DNA of 64,000 nucleotides from Octopus vulgaris (Eukaryota), in assembly GCA_951406725.2 (NCBI GenBank), contig OX597818.1:58466001-58530000 (forward strand), in the 5' to 3' direction. A program made the position numbers and the translations under genes. This document shows positions 1-13,043 of the stretch, piece by piece; position 1 is the first letter of the stretch; every line of letters begins with the position of its first letter. Below the pieces are notes generated by a model. The model searched no databases. It was given only the letters and a program-made list of their open reading frames with translations, and had not been told where the DNA came from.

Positions 1-255
1 TCGACTTAATCCGTTTGTCTGTCCTTGTTTGTCCCCTCTATGTTTAGCCCCTTGTGGGTAGTAAAGAAATAGTTATATCGTCTGCCGTTATGTTCTGAAT
101 TCAAACTCCGGCAAGGTCAGCTTTTCTTTCATCCTTTCAGGGTCGATTAAATAAGTACCAGTTACGCACTGGGGTCAATGTAATCGAATTAATCCGTGTG
201 TCTGTCCTTGTTTGTCCCCTCTGTGTTCAGCCCCTGGTGGGCAATAAAGAAATAA
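1..255 (+). mobile_element. SINE family C (Meta-domain-like), tandem partial units
   Basis: GTTCAAACTCC B-box-like motif, then ttttcatcctttcagggtcgattaaataagtaccagtt and a tail ending cccttgtgggtagtaaagaaat; same unit at 2479, 53440, 56075, 57535. Confidence 0.8.
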
Positions 256-289
256 GTAAATCCACCTCTGATCACAAATGATATAAATA

Positions 290-510
290 TTGATTTCCAA
301 TTTTGGCTCAAGAGCACCATTTTGCATGGACGGGAGTAAATCGATTACATCGACCCCCCAATGCTCAGCTGGTATTTATTTTATCGACACCGAAATTATG
401 AAAGGAAAAGTAGGCCTCGGCGGAATTTGAACTCAGAGCGTACAGACAGGCGAAATATTACGAAGCATTTCGGCTGACATGGTAACGATTCTGCCAACAC
501 GTCGCCTTAA
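290..510 (-). mobile_element. SINE family C, diverged copy
   Basis: Reverse complement of family C (ctcggcggaatttgaactcag; head cgtcgcctt at ~505). Confidence 0.75.
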
Positions 511-575
511 TTGTTATAAATATTAAAAGTGCAGATACGTATCCTGGTTTCGAATATGAAATACTATATTGGGAA

Positions 576-675
576 TGTACTTAAAACAACGTTTCGACTG
601 ATATACCCTCTAGCTTTCATCACGTGTCTTGCAGAACTTTCGAACATGGGGTCTCTTTCCTAATGTATTTTTCGA

Positions 676-720
<45 letters not shown>

Positions 721-813
721 CATTGTCATGCGTCCATGGACATATGGCGTAAAGGTTAAGAGCACGTGGCTACTAACCCCAAGATTCTGAGTTCGATACC
801 AGGCAGTGGCCTC

Positions 814-862
<49 letters not shown>

Positions 863-1250
863 TTGAAAAATACCTTAGAAATGAGAACACAGTTTCGAAA
901 TTTCCCCCAAACACCTGATGAAGCCTGGAGATAATATCAGTCGAAAAGTTGTGCTAACAACAAACAAGATGAGAAGAAATAACCGTCAAATATAAATAAT
1001 GTGTGTCCCGGATGAACCAACTTCACGGCAGGAGGTGCAGATGAGGGCAGCTGCATCGAACTCTCCCATGCACCAAATGGCTGTTGCTAAAAAGCATTCG
1101 TGAAGTAAAATCATGGAGCAACACCAAATGGCAGTGCCCCAGCATGGCCACAGCTCGTGAGCTGAAACTAGATAAAATAAAATAAAATAAAATAAAATAA
1201 ATAAAATAAATGTAAATAATATACATAATTCCTCATCTCTTAAATATAGA
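576..1250. mobile_element. Family D fold-back element: inverted HHR unit / (TTA)n / tRNA-like head / (TAA)n / HHR unit
   Basis: Minus HHR unit 585-680; A box TGGCGTAAAGG (745) and B box GTTCGATACC (791-800); plus HHR unit CTGATGA at 915; direct repeat actatattgggaa at 563-575 and 1251-1263 (13/13). Confidence 0.85.
1001..1210 (+). mobile_element. SINE/LINE 3' fragment nested in the family D element
   Basis: Ends ccagcatggccacagctcgtgagctgaaacta + (TAAAA)n, similar to the family B tail; interrupts the D tail. Confidence 0.6.
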
Positions 1251-1680
1251 ACTATATTGGGAAGGCTTTGAATGCATGGGGGTCGTAAAATAACTAAACT
1301 AAAGCCAGACACAGATAGAAAATACTAGAATATTCCTGTTGTTATGACAGTGATGAATAATCTTCGTGAATAAGTAACGAGTATATATAACGAGTATATA
1401 TTCTATTCTTGTCTGGATATTATATTATTAACCCTCCGTGAACACTTCATAAATAAAGACATTCTAACGTAACATATTTCTCTCTTTCTCCAAATATATC
1501 TAAGAAGAAAAAACTTCGGTAATAATACGCTAGAAATCAGAGTAGATGTGATAATGTAAATACGAAAACAATAGTTTGAATGGTGGTGAAGGTGCTTGGC
1601 TCAGTTGTTAGACTGTCGTGCACAAAATCATGAAGAAGTGAGTTCAAATTAGGGACCGAGTAGTGTGTTGTGTCCTCGAA

Positions 1681-1943
1681 GCATTTCGCGCGGCGTGCTC
1701 GCGTTTTTGCCAGCTCGCGGTCTAATAGTTGTATAAATTATTGTTTTGTACTCTAGACACAAGGCCTGAACATATTGGGGAGGAGGATAATCGATTAGAT
1801 CGACTCCAGTAAGCAACTGTACTTAATTTATCAACTCCAAATGGAGTCGACCTCGGCGGAATTTGAACCCAGAACGTAGCGGCAGACAAAATACTGTTAA
1901 GCATTTCGCCCTGGGTGCTAACGTCTCTGCCAGCTCGCTGCCT
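1681..1943 (-). mobile_element. SINE family C (alternative tail)
   Basis: gtcgacctcggcggaatttgaacccag...ctgccagctcgctgcct. Confidence 0.75.
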
Positions 1944-2287
1944 AATAGTAGTCTATTTTATTGCCCAATATAATAAAATTCATGACATGGAATTCTGACG
2001 AAGTATCGTAATTTGATGTAATAAAAGCACCATTCTTCTTGTTTATCGCATTAATGCATTCTACTTGCACTTTCAGGCATATTTTTCTTTCAACAAGCAG
2101 GTTACTCGCTATATGATAGTCTGTACTGGTAGATGACCGAAATAGGGTAAACTCCAGGATGAACATCGCAATAAATTTACGCTCTTTCTCCCTCTCTCTT
2201 TCTCTCTCTCTCTCTCATTCTATTTATATATATATTTATATCCTTGATTTCTTTTCATTAGCAACACAGTAAACATAAGCACTTCAC

Positions 2288-3097
2288 AGTTATATAGAAG
2301 AGGAATTTAATTCAAATAACCTTAGGATTAAAGACACAATTAGATCGCAAATTAGAAAGTTATGCTTGGACCCTATTAGCTTTTGACTATACGTCATATT
2401 CTTAAAGATATAACTTTGAACTTCTGTAGATTTATCCGACTTTACATCGGTAATATCAGTAAATCTACCTCCGATTGTAAGGCGGTGAGCTGGTAGAATC
2501 GTTAGCACGCCGGACGAAATGCTTAGCAGTATTTCATCTACCGGTACGTTCTGAGTTCAAATTCCGCTTAGCTCAACTTTGCCATTCATCCTTTCGGGGT
2601 CGATAAATTAAGCACCATTCATGCACTGCGGTCGACGTAATCGACTTAATCCATTTGCCTGTGCTTGTTTGTCCTCTCTGTGTTTAGCTCCTTGTGGGTA
2701 GTAAAGAAATAGTTATATCGTCTGCCGCTAGGTTCTGAGTTCAAATTCCGCCGAGGTCGACTTTGCCTTTCATACTTTCGTTTGAATTCAGAACATAACG
2801 GCAGACGAAATGCCTATTTTTTTACTACCCACAAGGGGCTAAACATATAGGGGACAAACAAGGACAGACAAACGGATTAAGTCGATTACATAGACTCAAG
2901 TGCGTAACTGGTACTTAATTTATCGACCCCGAAAGTTATATAGAAGAGGAATTTAATTCAAATAACCTTAGGATTAAAGACACAATTAGATCGCAAATGA
3001 GAAAGTTATGCTTTGACGCTATTAGCTTTTGACTATACGTCATATTCTTAAAGATATAAGTTTGAACTTCTGTAGATTTATCCGACTTTACATCGGT
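2288..3097. repeat. 164-bp direct duplication flanking a rearranged SINE C cluster
   Basis: 2288-2451 and 2934-3097 match with about 4 mismatches; SINE C plus 2479-2780, then an inverted unit 2781-2933. Confidence 0.9.
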
Positions 3098-3609
3098 TTA
3101 AATATTTACCTAGAAATAAAAACTAAAGTTCAATATTGTAATAGAAAATCGAATAAAACACATGGGAGACGACGTACAAATCATAAAAAAAAAAAACGAC
3201 ATTAGCTGATAGCGTTCCGAGGTTAGCCACATGCCTTAGAACCAGTACGTTCAGATACACCTGTATTTGCTGACAGCTAAGATGGGCAAGATATAAATGA
3301 ACGACGAATATGTAACGTGCTTTAATTGAAATGGTGCAATGACGTCATGCCATATGCAAGGCAGAGAGAATGTTAACCGAAACATTATAATGACTAATGG
3401 AATGTACACACACACAGCCCACGCTTACACACACAATATACACGTCCATCCACCCAGCCACTCCTTCATGCACACAATCATATATGTATACATACAAACA
3501 CATATACACATCTATTCGCCCTCACATACATATATATACACACACAGGCATACAGAGCCATCCATCCACATATACTTTAAATTTAGATATACACACATAC
3601 ACAAAAATC

Positions 3610-3641
<32 letters not shown>

Positions 3642-3659
3642 TGCACACACAAAAATATA

Positions 3660-3690
<31 letters not shown>

Positions 3691-3719
3691 TGCACACACA
3701 AAAATATAATATATATATA

Positions 3720-3759
<40 letters not shown>

Positions 3760-4839
3760 CATATAAATATAATATCTTTATAGATATAGATAAGTGTATA
3801 TGTACGTGTGTGTGTGGGGGGGACTTAGAGGATGAGTGCATTTGTGTTTAATCCTACACTCATTCATACTTGAGTTCCACTATACTTTACAAGTATATAC
3901 AATGGATATACAATGTATAAATTGAGATACGTTGCAATATTTTCTGATCAGGTTTTATATATTTATATACGTATATATATGTGTGTGTGTGTCTGTGTGT
4001 GTCTGAATGTCTCTATTTGGGTGCGTATCTGTATGTATGTGTGAATGTACGCTTCTTATATTCATTACGACTCATCTTTCTCCGTAATATACACAAATTG
4101 CGTTACAATCAATATCGACTTGTGATTTTCTGATATGCAACTAAATTATATTTAGTACGTCCATAGAATCCTGAAGCTTGTACTAATTCGATTTAGTTAA
4201 GGGATACAGCACATGCTTCATTTAATCGAATAACACCTAATGTAGGAAATCTTATAAAATTTGCTATATTTTTCACCATTAGTGTTAGGAATAATATGTT
4301 TATATTCTGTTGTCTGCCTATTTCCTCAATGTGTTATATATAGGCATGTGCATTATGAAAAATGTATTACACACACACATATACGTAAGGTACGCACGCG
4401 TAAAAGGCACATATAAATTTGTATATATACTGAAGTGTGATGGCGTGTGATTGAGTAACTTTGAGACTTCGTGACTATGAGAACACTGGTGCGCTATGAC
4501 GGATTTCATGGCGTGGTCTCTAATACACATATATCCGCGTTTCTTATTAAATACAGGTCGTTGCCATTATGCAGAAGTGTCGTGAGTCCAAAACGTTCCA
4601 TTTTCAGAAAACAAAAAAATAGTTCCATCATTCCATAGCAAAAATCATTGCTCTACACTTTGACAATTTTTGATGTCCTGGCATCTGAAGAAGTTGGAGG
4701 TACCACAGGTTGACCAGAAGAACCGTCAATTGCAAGCAAAAAAAATATTGAAAAAATGCATTTGGTCAAATTTGGACATATGACAGTTTAACATAATAGC
4801 AACGACATATATGCGCATACACACGGTTACACGCCCATA

Positions 4840-4886
<47 letters not shown>

Positions 4887-4947
4887 GAGTACCTTATTTA
4901 CTGTGGTTAACCCCGAATCAACCCGGGACCTACATATATATATATAT

Positions 4948-4987
<40 letters not shown>

Positions 4988-5029
4988 GTGTGTGTGTATC
5001 TAATGTTGTATATGTAGGCATTTGTGAGA

Positions 5030-5440
5030 CCATGAAAATTGATGTTATGTTTTTGGAAGCCAAGCTATATAAACTCAATTCTCATATCATCTATGATAAT
5101 TTACGTGACCTCAGCATATTTGGAAAATTGGAGAGCGACTACAGGAACTGGGGTTCACGCTGCGGTGGCCAATACATTCACTTGAAAGAAACTCGAACAG
5201 TAATAGCAGCTTCTAAGTGCACAGTCTTAGGGCCACTGGTATTCATTAGAGCGCTCCCAGACACGAATTCAGAGGCTCTGAGAATCACCTTGTAAGCTAT
5301 TAAGTTTATAAAAAAGTTTCTCGGAGACAGAACCCTGGAGAACGTGAGCGCATGTAACGGGAGTTGTGCGGGGAAATGAAAGCGGGATGAAGGCAATAAC
5401 ATTCCGTTTAATGCTGGAGAATTCTAAGTAACATGCATAA
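5030..5440 (+). pseudogene. Degenerate CR1/L2-like LINE reverse transcriptase fragment
   Basis: LRDLSIFGKL and CTVLGPLVFI (cf. PQGTVLGPLLF) in ORF 4990-5295; NNIPFNAGEF-like segment downstream; stops present. Confidence 0.6.
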
Positions 5441-5454
5441 AATATCTAATCAGA

Positions 5455-5521
<67 letters not shown>

Positions 5522-5558
5522 TATTATTATTATTATTATCATTTTAAAAATTTTATTT

Positions 5559-5750
5559 TCAGGTCACTGCCTGGAACTGAACTCGGTATCTTGGGGTTAC
5601 TAGTCCATGCTCTTAACCACTACGACATATACCCAGATTCGAAATTTTCCCAAGACACCTCATGAAGGCTGGAGGGCATATCAGCCGAAACGCTGTGTTA
5701 ACAACAAAAAAAAAAAAAAGGAGGACAAATATCCGTTAAATGTAAATAAA
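5559..5750. mobile_element. Family D variant: inverted tRNA-like head fused to plus-strand HHR unit
   Basis: Minus head 5559-5630 joined at catataccc|agattcgaaatt to the HHR unit (core mutated, CTCATGA); same junction type as at ~20185. Confidence 0.75.
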
Positions 5751-6992
5751 GACAAGAAAGTTCGCAAAAATGTTATTCGAGATCTCATTACAAAAACGGA
5801 GACGGAAAAATAATTTACTCCAGACATATTAAAATCCACAAAACTATAAGAAAACGGAACTTGTTCAAAGCTACATGAAAACCAAAATGAAAATTTAGAA
5901 AGAAGCAATCGACTCCTCACAACGCCCCACGAGAAATGAATAACTTTACTTTATTATAACAATTCAGATGGAAAAACATTCAAAACTTTTTAACCTCGAT
6001 TAATACCTAGAAATTATAGAAAAACGTCGGTTTCGAAGTTGTTTACAATTGAATTTCCGCTGCTGAATTACCTACTCGAAGTATTAGCGTCTTTAGCGAC
6101 TGTGTTTCAGAGACTGGTATTTGCTTAACTTCTTTTTCGGTGAGAATCTTTATATCAAATTATAAGAAAAATTTCCTGTTTTCCATTACAGATTCTAGCC
6201 GTCCTTTCTCTTTCCGCAGAGATTCTATCTTACAGTTTCATTCGAAAGTACATAGACAATTTCATGTTGTGCTAATTGAGACATAAACTAGATTTCATAC
6301 ACTGAAGTTAAAAGACTAACATAACAGTTGATTGAGAAGCAATCTTCTTAAACATTCGGTTTTATCTACATCTCATAAAGTACATAAACCATTAACACTA
6401 AAGATGCAAAATAAGCCAAACTTGCAGCGAAATAAAATAGCTGTAAATAATAACATGTTAACCTGAAATGGGACAGCTCGATACTAAAATATCAATTTGA
6501 CCAGGTCTATTCACAAAACCTGCAACGGATATTAAGTAAAATATCAGATCTAAGAATTTAAGAGCTACAGAACTATAATGGTAAATATATTCAATGGAAT
6601 ATAAGACGGCAGTAGTGCATGCATAAATTAGGGCAAATGCTAAATATTTTTAGAACAATCTGCTACACTGGACAGTTTGTAGAATAACCTGATGGAAGAA
6701 GGTAGGTGTTCTCGATATTGGTAATTAGAAAGAAGAAAATTCCAATTAGAGACTTGGTTTTTGGTGCGTAAGGGAAAGGAGGATTTGATTTGGCGCTCTG
6801 ATAACTCCGTATATTTACCTCTTTTGTTCTTATTTTTTTGATAATTTTATTTGTGTTTTGTTCTCATAATCAGATGTTTTTTTGCGATTCTTTTAATATT
6901 GATTAATTTTATTACCATTCCTAAATGTACAAATCTTTGTAAGTCTAATGAGATATGTTAGAAGCTGTGGAAAGGCAATTATACTGCTGCTG

Positions 6993-7083
<91 letters not shown>

Positions 7084-7169
7084 CAATGATGATAATAATA
7101 ATAATAATGACAATGATAATAATAATAATAATAATAATAGTAATAATAGTAATAATAATAATAATAATA

Positions 7170-7351
7170 GTAACATCGAAAAATGCCTTAGGAATGGGAA
7201 CCCAGGTGGGAAATGTCCCCAAGATACCTGATGAAGGCTACAGGGTATATCAGCCGAAATTGTTAACAACAAACAAGATGAGGACAAATATCTGTCAAAT
7301 GTAAATAATTTAAATAACGTACACAATTTCTCATCGCTTAAATAAAGAACT
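7170..7351 (+). mobile_element. Family D HHR unit after (TAA)n
   Basis: catcgaaaaatgccttagg...CTGATGAaggct...cagccGAAA...cttaaataaagaact. Confidence 0.8.
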
Positions 7352-7730
7352 GGATTTATTTGTCTTATCCATGATACTTTTCTTGATTTTCGAGGTCGAG
7401 GGAATGTATTAGTAAGCTATACCTTGAATGCCTGTTTGCTAAACACAGCACAATACTTAACCTGCCATGGTCAGCATAATTTTGCTAAAAGCAGAAGAGA
7501 ACTTATGGCGGTCAAATAAGGACTTTAGATGACCTTCCGCGCTCTCTCCTTCAAAGAAATTACATTCCAGAGATTTTATCTGGGTCAATTTAAAGTAACA
7601 CATTCCCGTAATGATTTCCTATGAGTACGTACAGGAACCAAGGCTCTACAAACTCTTAAAATGTAGTCAGAGTTCAATGCTCAGCGTAATTCCATTTCCT
7701 AACAAAATGGTACACATTGTTAGATATTTT

Positions 7731-8475
7731 GGATTTTACCTTTTGACCGGAAGATTTAGAAAATAATTTTTTGTAATTAAACACTTTCAAACGTCGTATA
7801 CTGGTAGAATGTGTCATATAAAACATCTTTTAATCATAGCGTTTTTGTGAAAACTTTATATTTACGAAGTTATTTCGTGTTAAATTTGTCGTATTTCGGT
7901 AATTTCAACCAATCAATGATGTGTTGATTCAGCTGAATAAAATTACTGCCGTTGTTTGTCAACATCAACTATTGGCGGTGTATAGCTTTAAGGGGTTAGG
8001 GTTTTAGGATTTTAGGGTTAGAGTTACGGAAAAAAGGAAAAATGGGGAGTAAGTGGGGGCAAAAAATTCTTTCCGAAAATAGTAGCTAAAAACAGGAAAA
8101 GAACTAAAAGCAGTAGAAATGCACGAACGATTGTGGTGACACCATGAAGTAAACATGCTTTAGATACACTCGTTCATAGAAACATAACTGAGATGGAATA
8201 GGTCATAAATAACTGACAAACGAAATATGCACCGCCAGAAATTGTTGACAAACATGAGAAGTAATATTATTCAGCTGAATACACGTCATTGATTGGTTGA
8301 AATTACCGAAATACGACAACTTTAACACGAAATAACTTCGTAAATATAAAGTTTTCTCGAAAACGCTAAGATTAAAAGGTGTTTTATATGACACATTCTG
8401 CCAGTATACGAAGTTTGAAAGTGTTTAGTTACAAAAAATTATTTTTTAAATCTGTCCATTAAATGGTGAAGAACC
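7731..8475. mobile_element. MITE with long terminal inverted repeats, Merlin-like
   Basis: Arms ~7731-7980 and ~8228-8475 are reverse complements; GG...CC termini; 8-bp TSD gatatttt (7723-7730)/gatgtttt (8476-8483); partial second copy ~58888-58990. Confidence 0.8.
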
Positions 8476-10146
8476 GATGTTTTATTAATGCATGTAGCTG
8501 AGTAATTCACTGAACAATTTATGTATCATTTCCTCGATAATAACCAGTAGCACTGTACTATATTACCTGTACTTTTATGTATATGCATCGAAGATTAATT
8601 ACCTTATGTCTCGAGTAGAATTTAATAAATAATCGAAACACACATTTACATTTTCCTTTTGCGACCTTCCTAACTCTACTACATTGCTCGATTTTACTAT
8701 AGAAAGACTTACGCTATTGGTTTCAAATTTTGGCACAAGACATCCAACTTCGGCGGATGTAGGTAAATCGATTATATCGACACCAGTGCTTAGCTGGCGA
8801 TTTTTTTTATCGACTCGAACGATGAAGGTAAAGTAGACCTCGAAAGAATTTGAAGTCAAAAAGTAAAGACGGAAGAAATGCCTCAAAGCATTTGTCCCAG
8901 CGCAATAACTAATTTGCCAGCTCACCGTCTACAATAAACGTTACATATTATTCTACATTATAAAATTTTCGGTTTATAGTTAGGTTATATGCATTGAAAC
9001 TAACTTCGACGTTATTACTTAAGAAAATATATCACTAAAATACACTAAAATCACATTTCCTATTTTCATACTTATATTTAGGATTCACTTATTCTTATAA
9101 CCACAATAGCAATCATTGCCTTTGGCGCTCTGATCGACGCTAAATAAATTGCTATGGGCTAGAATCATATGTAGTTTTGCAAGCTCTGCAACTTATTTAA
9201 AAAAACAGCAGTAATATTGATGTTTTAATACTGAAGGCGATTATTAAATATTCAACGACGTTTCATTACCAGCATATGACATATTCGTAAATATTTCACA
9301 ATGTTAATATTCTGGTAATTTAGATGCTATATTTTCTCAAATATGTTCCATAAAATTGATGTTGAATCATGTTGGGTTATTGAATTGATATCGACATTAT
9401 GATAAACACCAAATTTAGAATATTTAATGTCAGTCATAGCATTGAAAGATAATGAAATTACAACGGGAATAAAATTTGCTTTTTCCAAATCAAAAAGTTA
9501 AAATCGCTTCGTAATAGCTTAACAATGCCGACATCAATATTAGATTACTTAGAAAAAGACAGCAAGGTAGCAGATTTGTAAGCACACTGAGCATAATACT
9601 TAGCAGTATTTCGTCCCCTTTAAGAGCTGAATTGGTCTTTCATTTCGTCCGTCTTTACGCTCCAGTTCGACTTTTGTCCTTCCGAGGTCGATAAAATAAT
9701 TATTAATCGACTTCAATCCTCCTTCTAATTCAAACATGCCTTTCAGCCTTTCTGTGTAAAAAAACCCCAGCAAAGTAACAGTCAAGTATTGGCGTCGATA
9801 AAATCGATTTACCGCCTCCACCATAACGTGTCGGCGTTCTGCCAAAATTTGGAAAAACCGATAAAGTTATTAATGTCTTTGCCATGATAAATATTGACAT
9901 GTCACCATTGCAGATAATTAAGTGATTTTATAGAAATTCCTCTGTATTATTAGCATACATGTGGCTGAGCGCTCCACAGACAAATGTACCCTTAACGTAG
10001 TTCTAAGAGCGAGTTAGCTGACACAGAATATGACGAGGCTAGTCCTTTGAAATTCAGTTATTACTCATTTCTCTCAACACGGTAGACTGGACCATTGTGA
10101 AATAAAAAGTTTTACTGAACGAGATAACATGGTGCAAGCTGCTGCA

Positions 10147-10209
<63 letters not shown>

Positions 10210-10328
10210 TGTACATTTAAACAGATATGAGGTGGCCATGAACTCTGTATTATATATAGTCTATTGACTAAATTTTTACACGCTAGGCTACTGTAATGGA
10301 AATTTCTAATATTTCAAATTACCCTTTG

Positions 10329-10424
<96 letters not shown>

Positions 10425-10426
<2 letters not shown>

Positions 10427-10612
10427 AATTCAAAGATCAAAGAAATAAAAAAAAACAACGTGAGGCCATGCACCAACAATGTATTAATTTCACGCTCAGT
10501 GGAGGGAGTTGTTAACGTTTCGAGCATAGGACTTCGTCGGAAAGAAGAAAGTGTAAAGAGAAAGAGGGAAAAGTGTGGGAAAATACCCAACAATCCACGT
10601 GTGGTTAGATTA
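10425..10612 (-). mobile_element. Diverged family F-like HHR element beside (TA)n
   Basis: Minus strand ctttCCGACGAagtcctatgctcGAAACGTTaac; layout similar to 38598 and 50920. Confidence 0.6.
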
Positions 10613-11284
10613 CATATATATGTGTATATGGAGAGGGAGAGCGAGAACGAGAGGGAGGGAGAGAATGTGTGTTAAAAAGGGAGGGAGAGCGACAGAGAAT
10701 GTGTGAGTGTGTATTTGAGAGAGAGAGAGAGAGAGAGAGAGAAATACCAACACATCCATGAAATTTGATTAAGCTATATATTGCCCTATCTAATCAATAC
10801 TTTTTTGTATGAGCACATACGTTACTCACACACACAGTCTAAACACACAGAAACAGACACACACATACACACACAGAAACACACACACACACATTTATAT
10901 ATGATGGACAGAGACACTCATACAGACGTAAAACTGTTACTGTGGTACAACTGAACAGGCAGAACTGAAAGCAATGGATGCAATTTATAACGTAGAAGTA
11001 ACTATTGACACGTGAAGTTCATTTATATTCAGTTATGCATTATGCAGAGGATTGCTGTATAAAATGGACACAATCGAAAATAATAGACGGAAAGGGGGGT
11101 GAGCAAACAGGAACAGGATAATAGAATAAAAACATGGCCATTGAAACGAGGAGAGGCAGCCATGTTGAGAACTTTTGAGAGCCGCAATTGATTTAAATAT
11201 AAAAAATAAAATATACAATGATAAACAAGTTTTTCTTTTTAAACTGAGAAAAAATAAAGAATTATTAATCGTTTCGTCTTTAAG

Positions 11285-11810
11285 CACAAGGCCTTTTTGG
11301 AACTTTTTAGGGGAAGGGTGCTAGTCGATAACAACGACCCCAGTGCGTAACTGGTATTTAATTTATCGATAAATTAAGTACAAGTTACGCACTGGGGTCG
11401 ATGTAATCGACTTAATACCTATGTCTGTTCTTGTTTGTCCCTTCTATGTTTAGCCCCTCGTGGGTAATAAAGAAATGGGTATTTAATTTATCGACTCCGA
11501 AAACATGAAAGGCAAAGTAGACGTCGGCGGAATTTGAACTCAGAACGTAGCGGCAGCCGAAATACATCTAAGCATATCGCCTCTCGTGCTAACGATTCTG
11601 GCAGCTCGTCATATTAAATATATCAATAATTATTACTTCGAATTTTGGCTCAAACCCCCAAAATATGCTTTCTACTATAGGCACAAGGCCTGAAATTTTG
11701 GGGAAAGGGGCATTTCGATTACATCGACCTCAGTGCTCAACTGGTATTTAATTCATTGACCCCGAAAGGATAAACGGCAATGTTGACCTCGGAGAAATAT
11801 GAACTCAAAA
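11285..11810 (-). mobile_element. SINE family C cluster with internal inversion
   Basis: Palindromic junction ttaatttatcgataaattaa at ~11358-11377; several C units. Confidence 0.7.
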
Positions 11811-12295
11811 CATAATATTATTAATAATATCGACATAGAAACGTCTGCATATTTCACTAAGAAGATCGTTTTGCAACTATGTGGATTTAGATAAAGTCCC
11901 CGCACATGACATCTTGCGCGTTTGGCTTTGAATATAACCACAGGATTATCAATGCATTATAGACTCAAACTGTGTGGAAGCCGGTTTGTATATAAGTGTC
12001 TGTGTATATGTGTATCAGGCAGGTACCATCAGTAATTACTCAGGCTAGGCAGTTGGTGAATTTTATGTGGTAAAACACAAAACAAAATGAGCGAAACACA
12101 GACGCGCGCTTGAGTTGCGCTTCGGGTTTACTTCTGCCTTTAAAACAAGCAAAGAAAAATGTGTTGTAGGGGTTTATGCCATATGTGCACTACAGCAGTT
12201 CTATTCGTAGCTTAATACTGAGATTGAAAAGCAGGGACAAATTATGCCTACATAATCTACCAGAATATATATATGTATATATATATATATATATA

Positions 12296-12698
12296 TTTCA
12301 ACAATTGAGGGTAAAATTAATTAATTATTAATCAATTTCACCAAGTGTTCAGTATGCAAGTGTTCGCTTGCTTATTTGAATTCGTTGGCACTGTTAGTTA
12401 CGAGCAGATCTTCGAAAGGGTATGTTCTTACTTTCAGTGTTTTCAAATCCAAACCAAGGAGTTTCTGAGCTGATGATAGAAGTGTCGTATTGACTAATCT
12501 TGAAACGTACGTTCTCAAATAACCTTTGCATTTGATTTTTTGATGTCCTTACCCCCAAACTTTTGTGAGTTGAGTCAAGCAAACACTATATGAGAGAGAT
12601 TTTCTTTAAGTATTAGAAATAGCTTTAAAAAAGTTTTTTAGCTGCTATTTCTAATGAGTTCAGTATGCGGCAAAGTAATTTATTTTACTAAGCCCTTT

Positions 12699-12705
<7 letters not shown>
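12296..12705 (+). mobile_element. (TA)n-flanked non-coding PLE-like element with HHR
   Basis: (TA)n on both sides; HHR at 12466-12517; hairpin attagaaatagc/gctatttctaat near 12612-12655. Confidence 0.65.
12466..12517 (+). ncRNA. Minimal type-I hammerhead ribozyme motif
   Basis: Stem I tgag/ctca; CTGATGA 12470-12476; stem II AGA/TCT + GTC/GAC; GAAA 12502-12505; palindrome CGTACG; TT cleavage site. Confidence 0.75.
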
Positions 12706-12731
<26 letters not shown>

Positions 12732-12737
<6 letters not shown>

Positions 12738-13043
12738 CAAAAATAAGCAACAAGAATGAATCCGGTAATTTAGTACAATTGTTTCATACTACAACATTTT
12801 ATTATTGGAAAACCTATATAAAATTAGTTGAAGATTACTCGGCATCTTAAATCTGCTGTAATATTTACAGCTTTTAATAAAATGTTGTAGTATGAAACAA
12901 TTGTACTAAATTACCGGATTCATTCTTGTTGCTTATTTTTTATTATAATCACCCTGCTTATTTTTATGGGTAGCACCATAAAAAATTCTGGTGCATCTAA
13001 ATTAAGTACCATATTCATTTGAATCTAAATTGTTGCTGAACCT
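12732..13043 (+). mobile_element. (TA)n-flanked element with ~70-bp inverted repeat and degenerate HHR
   Basis: 12732-12803 is the near-perfect reverse complement of 12875-12946; HHR ttag-TTGAAGA(12828)-long stem II-GAAA(12894)-CAATTG-TA-ctaa. Confidence 0.7.
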
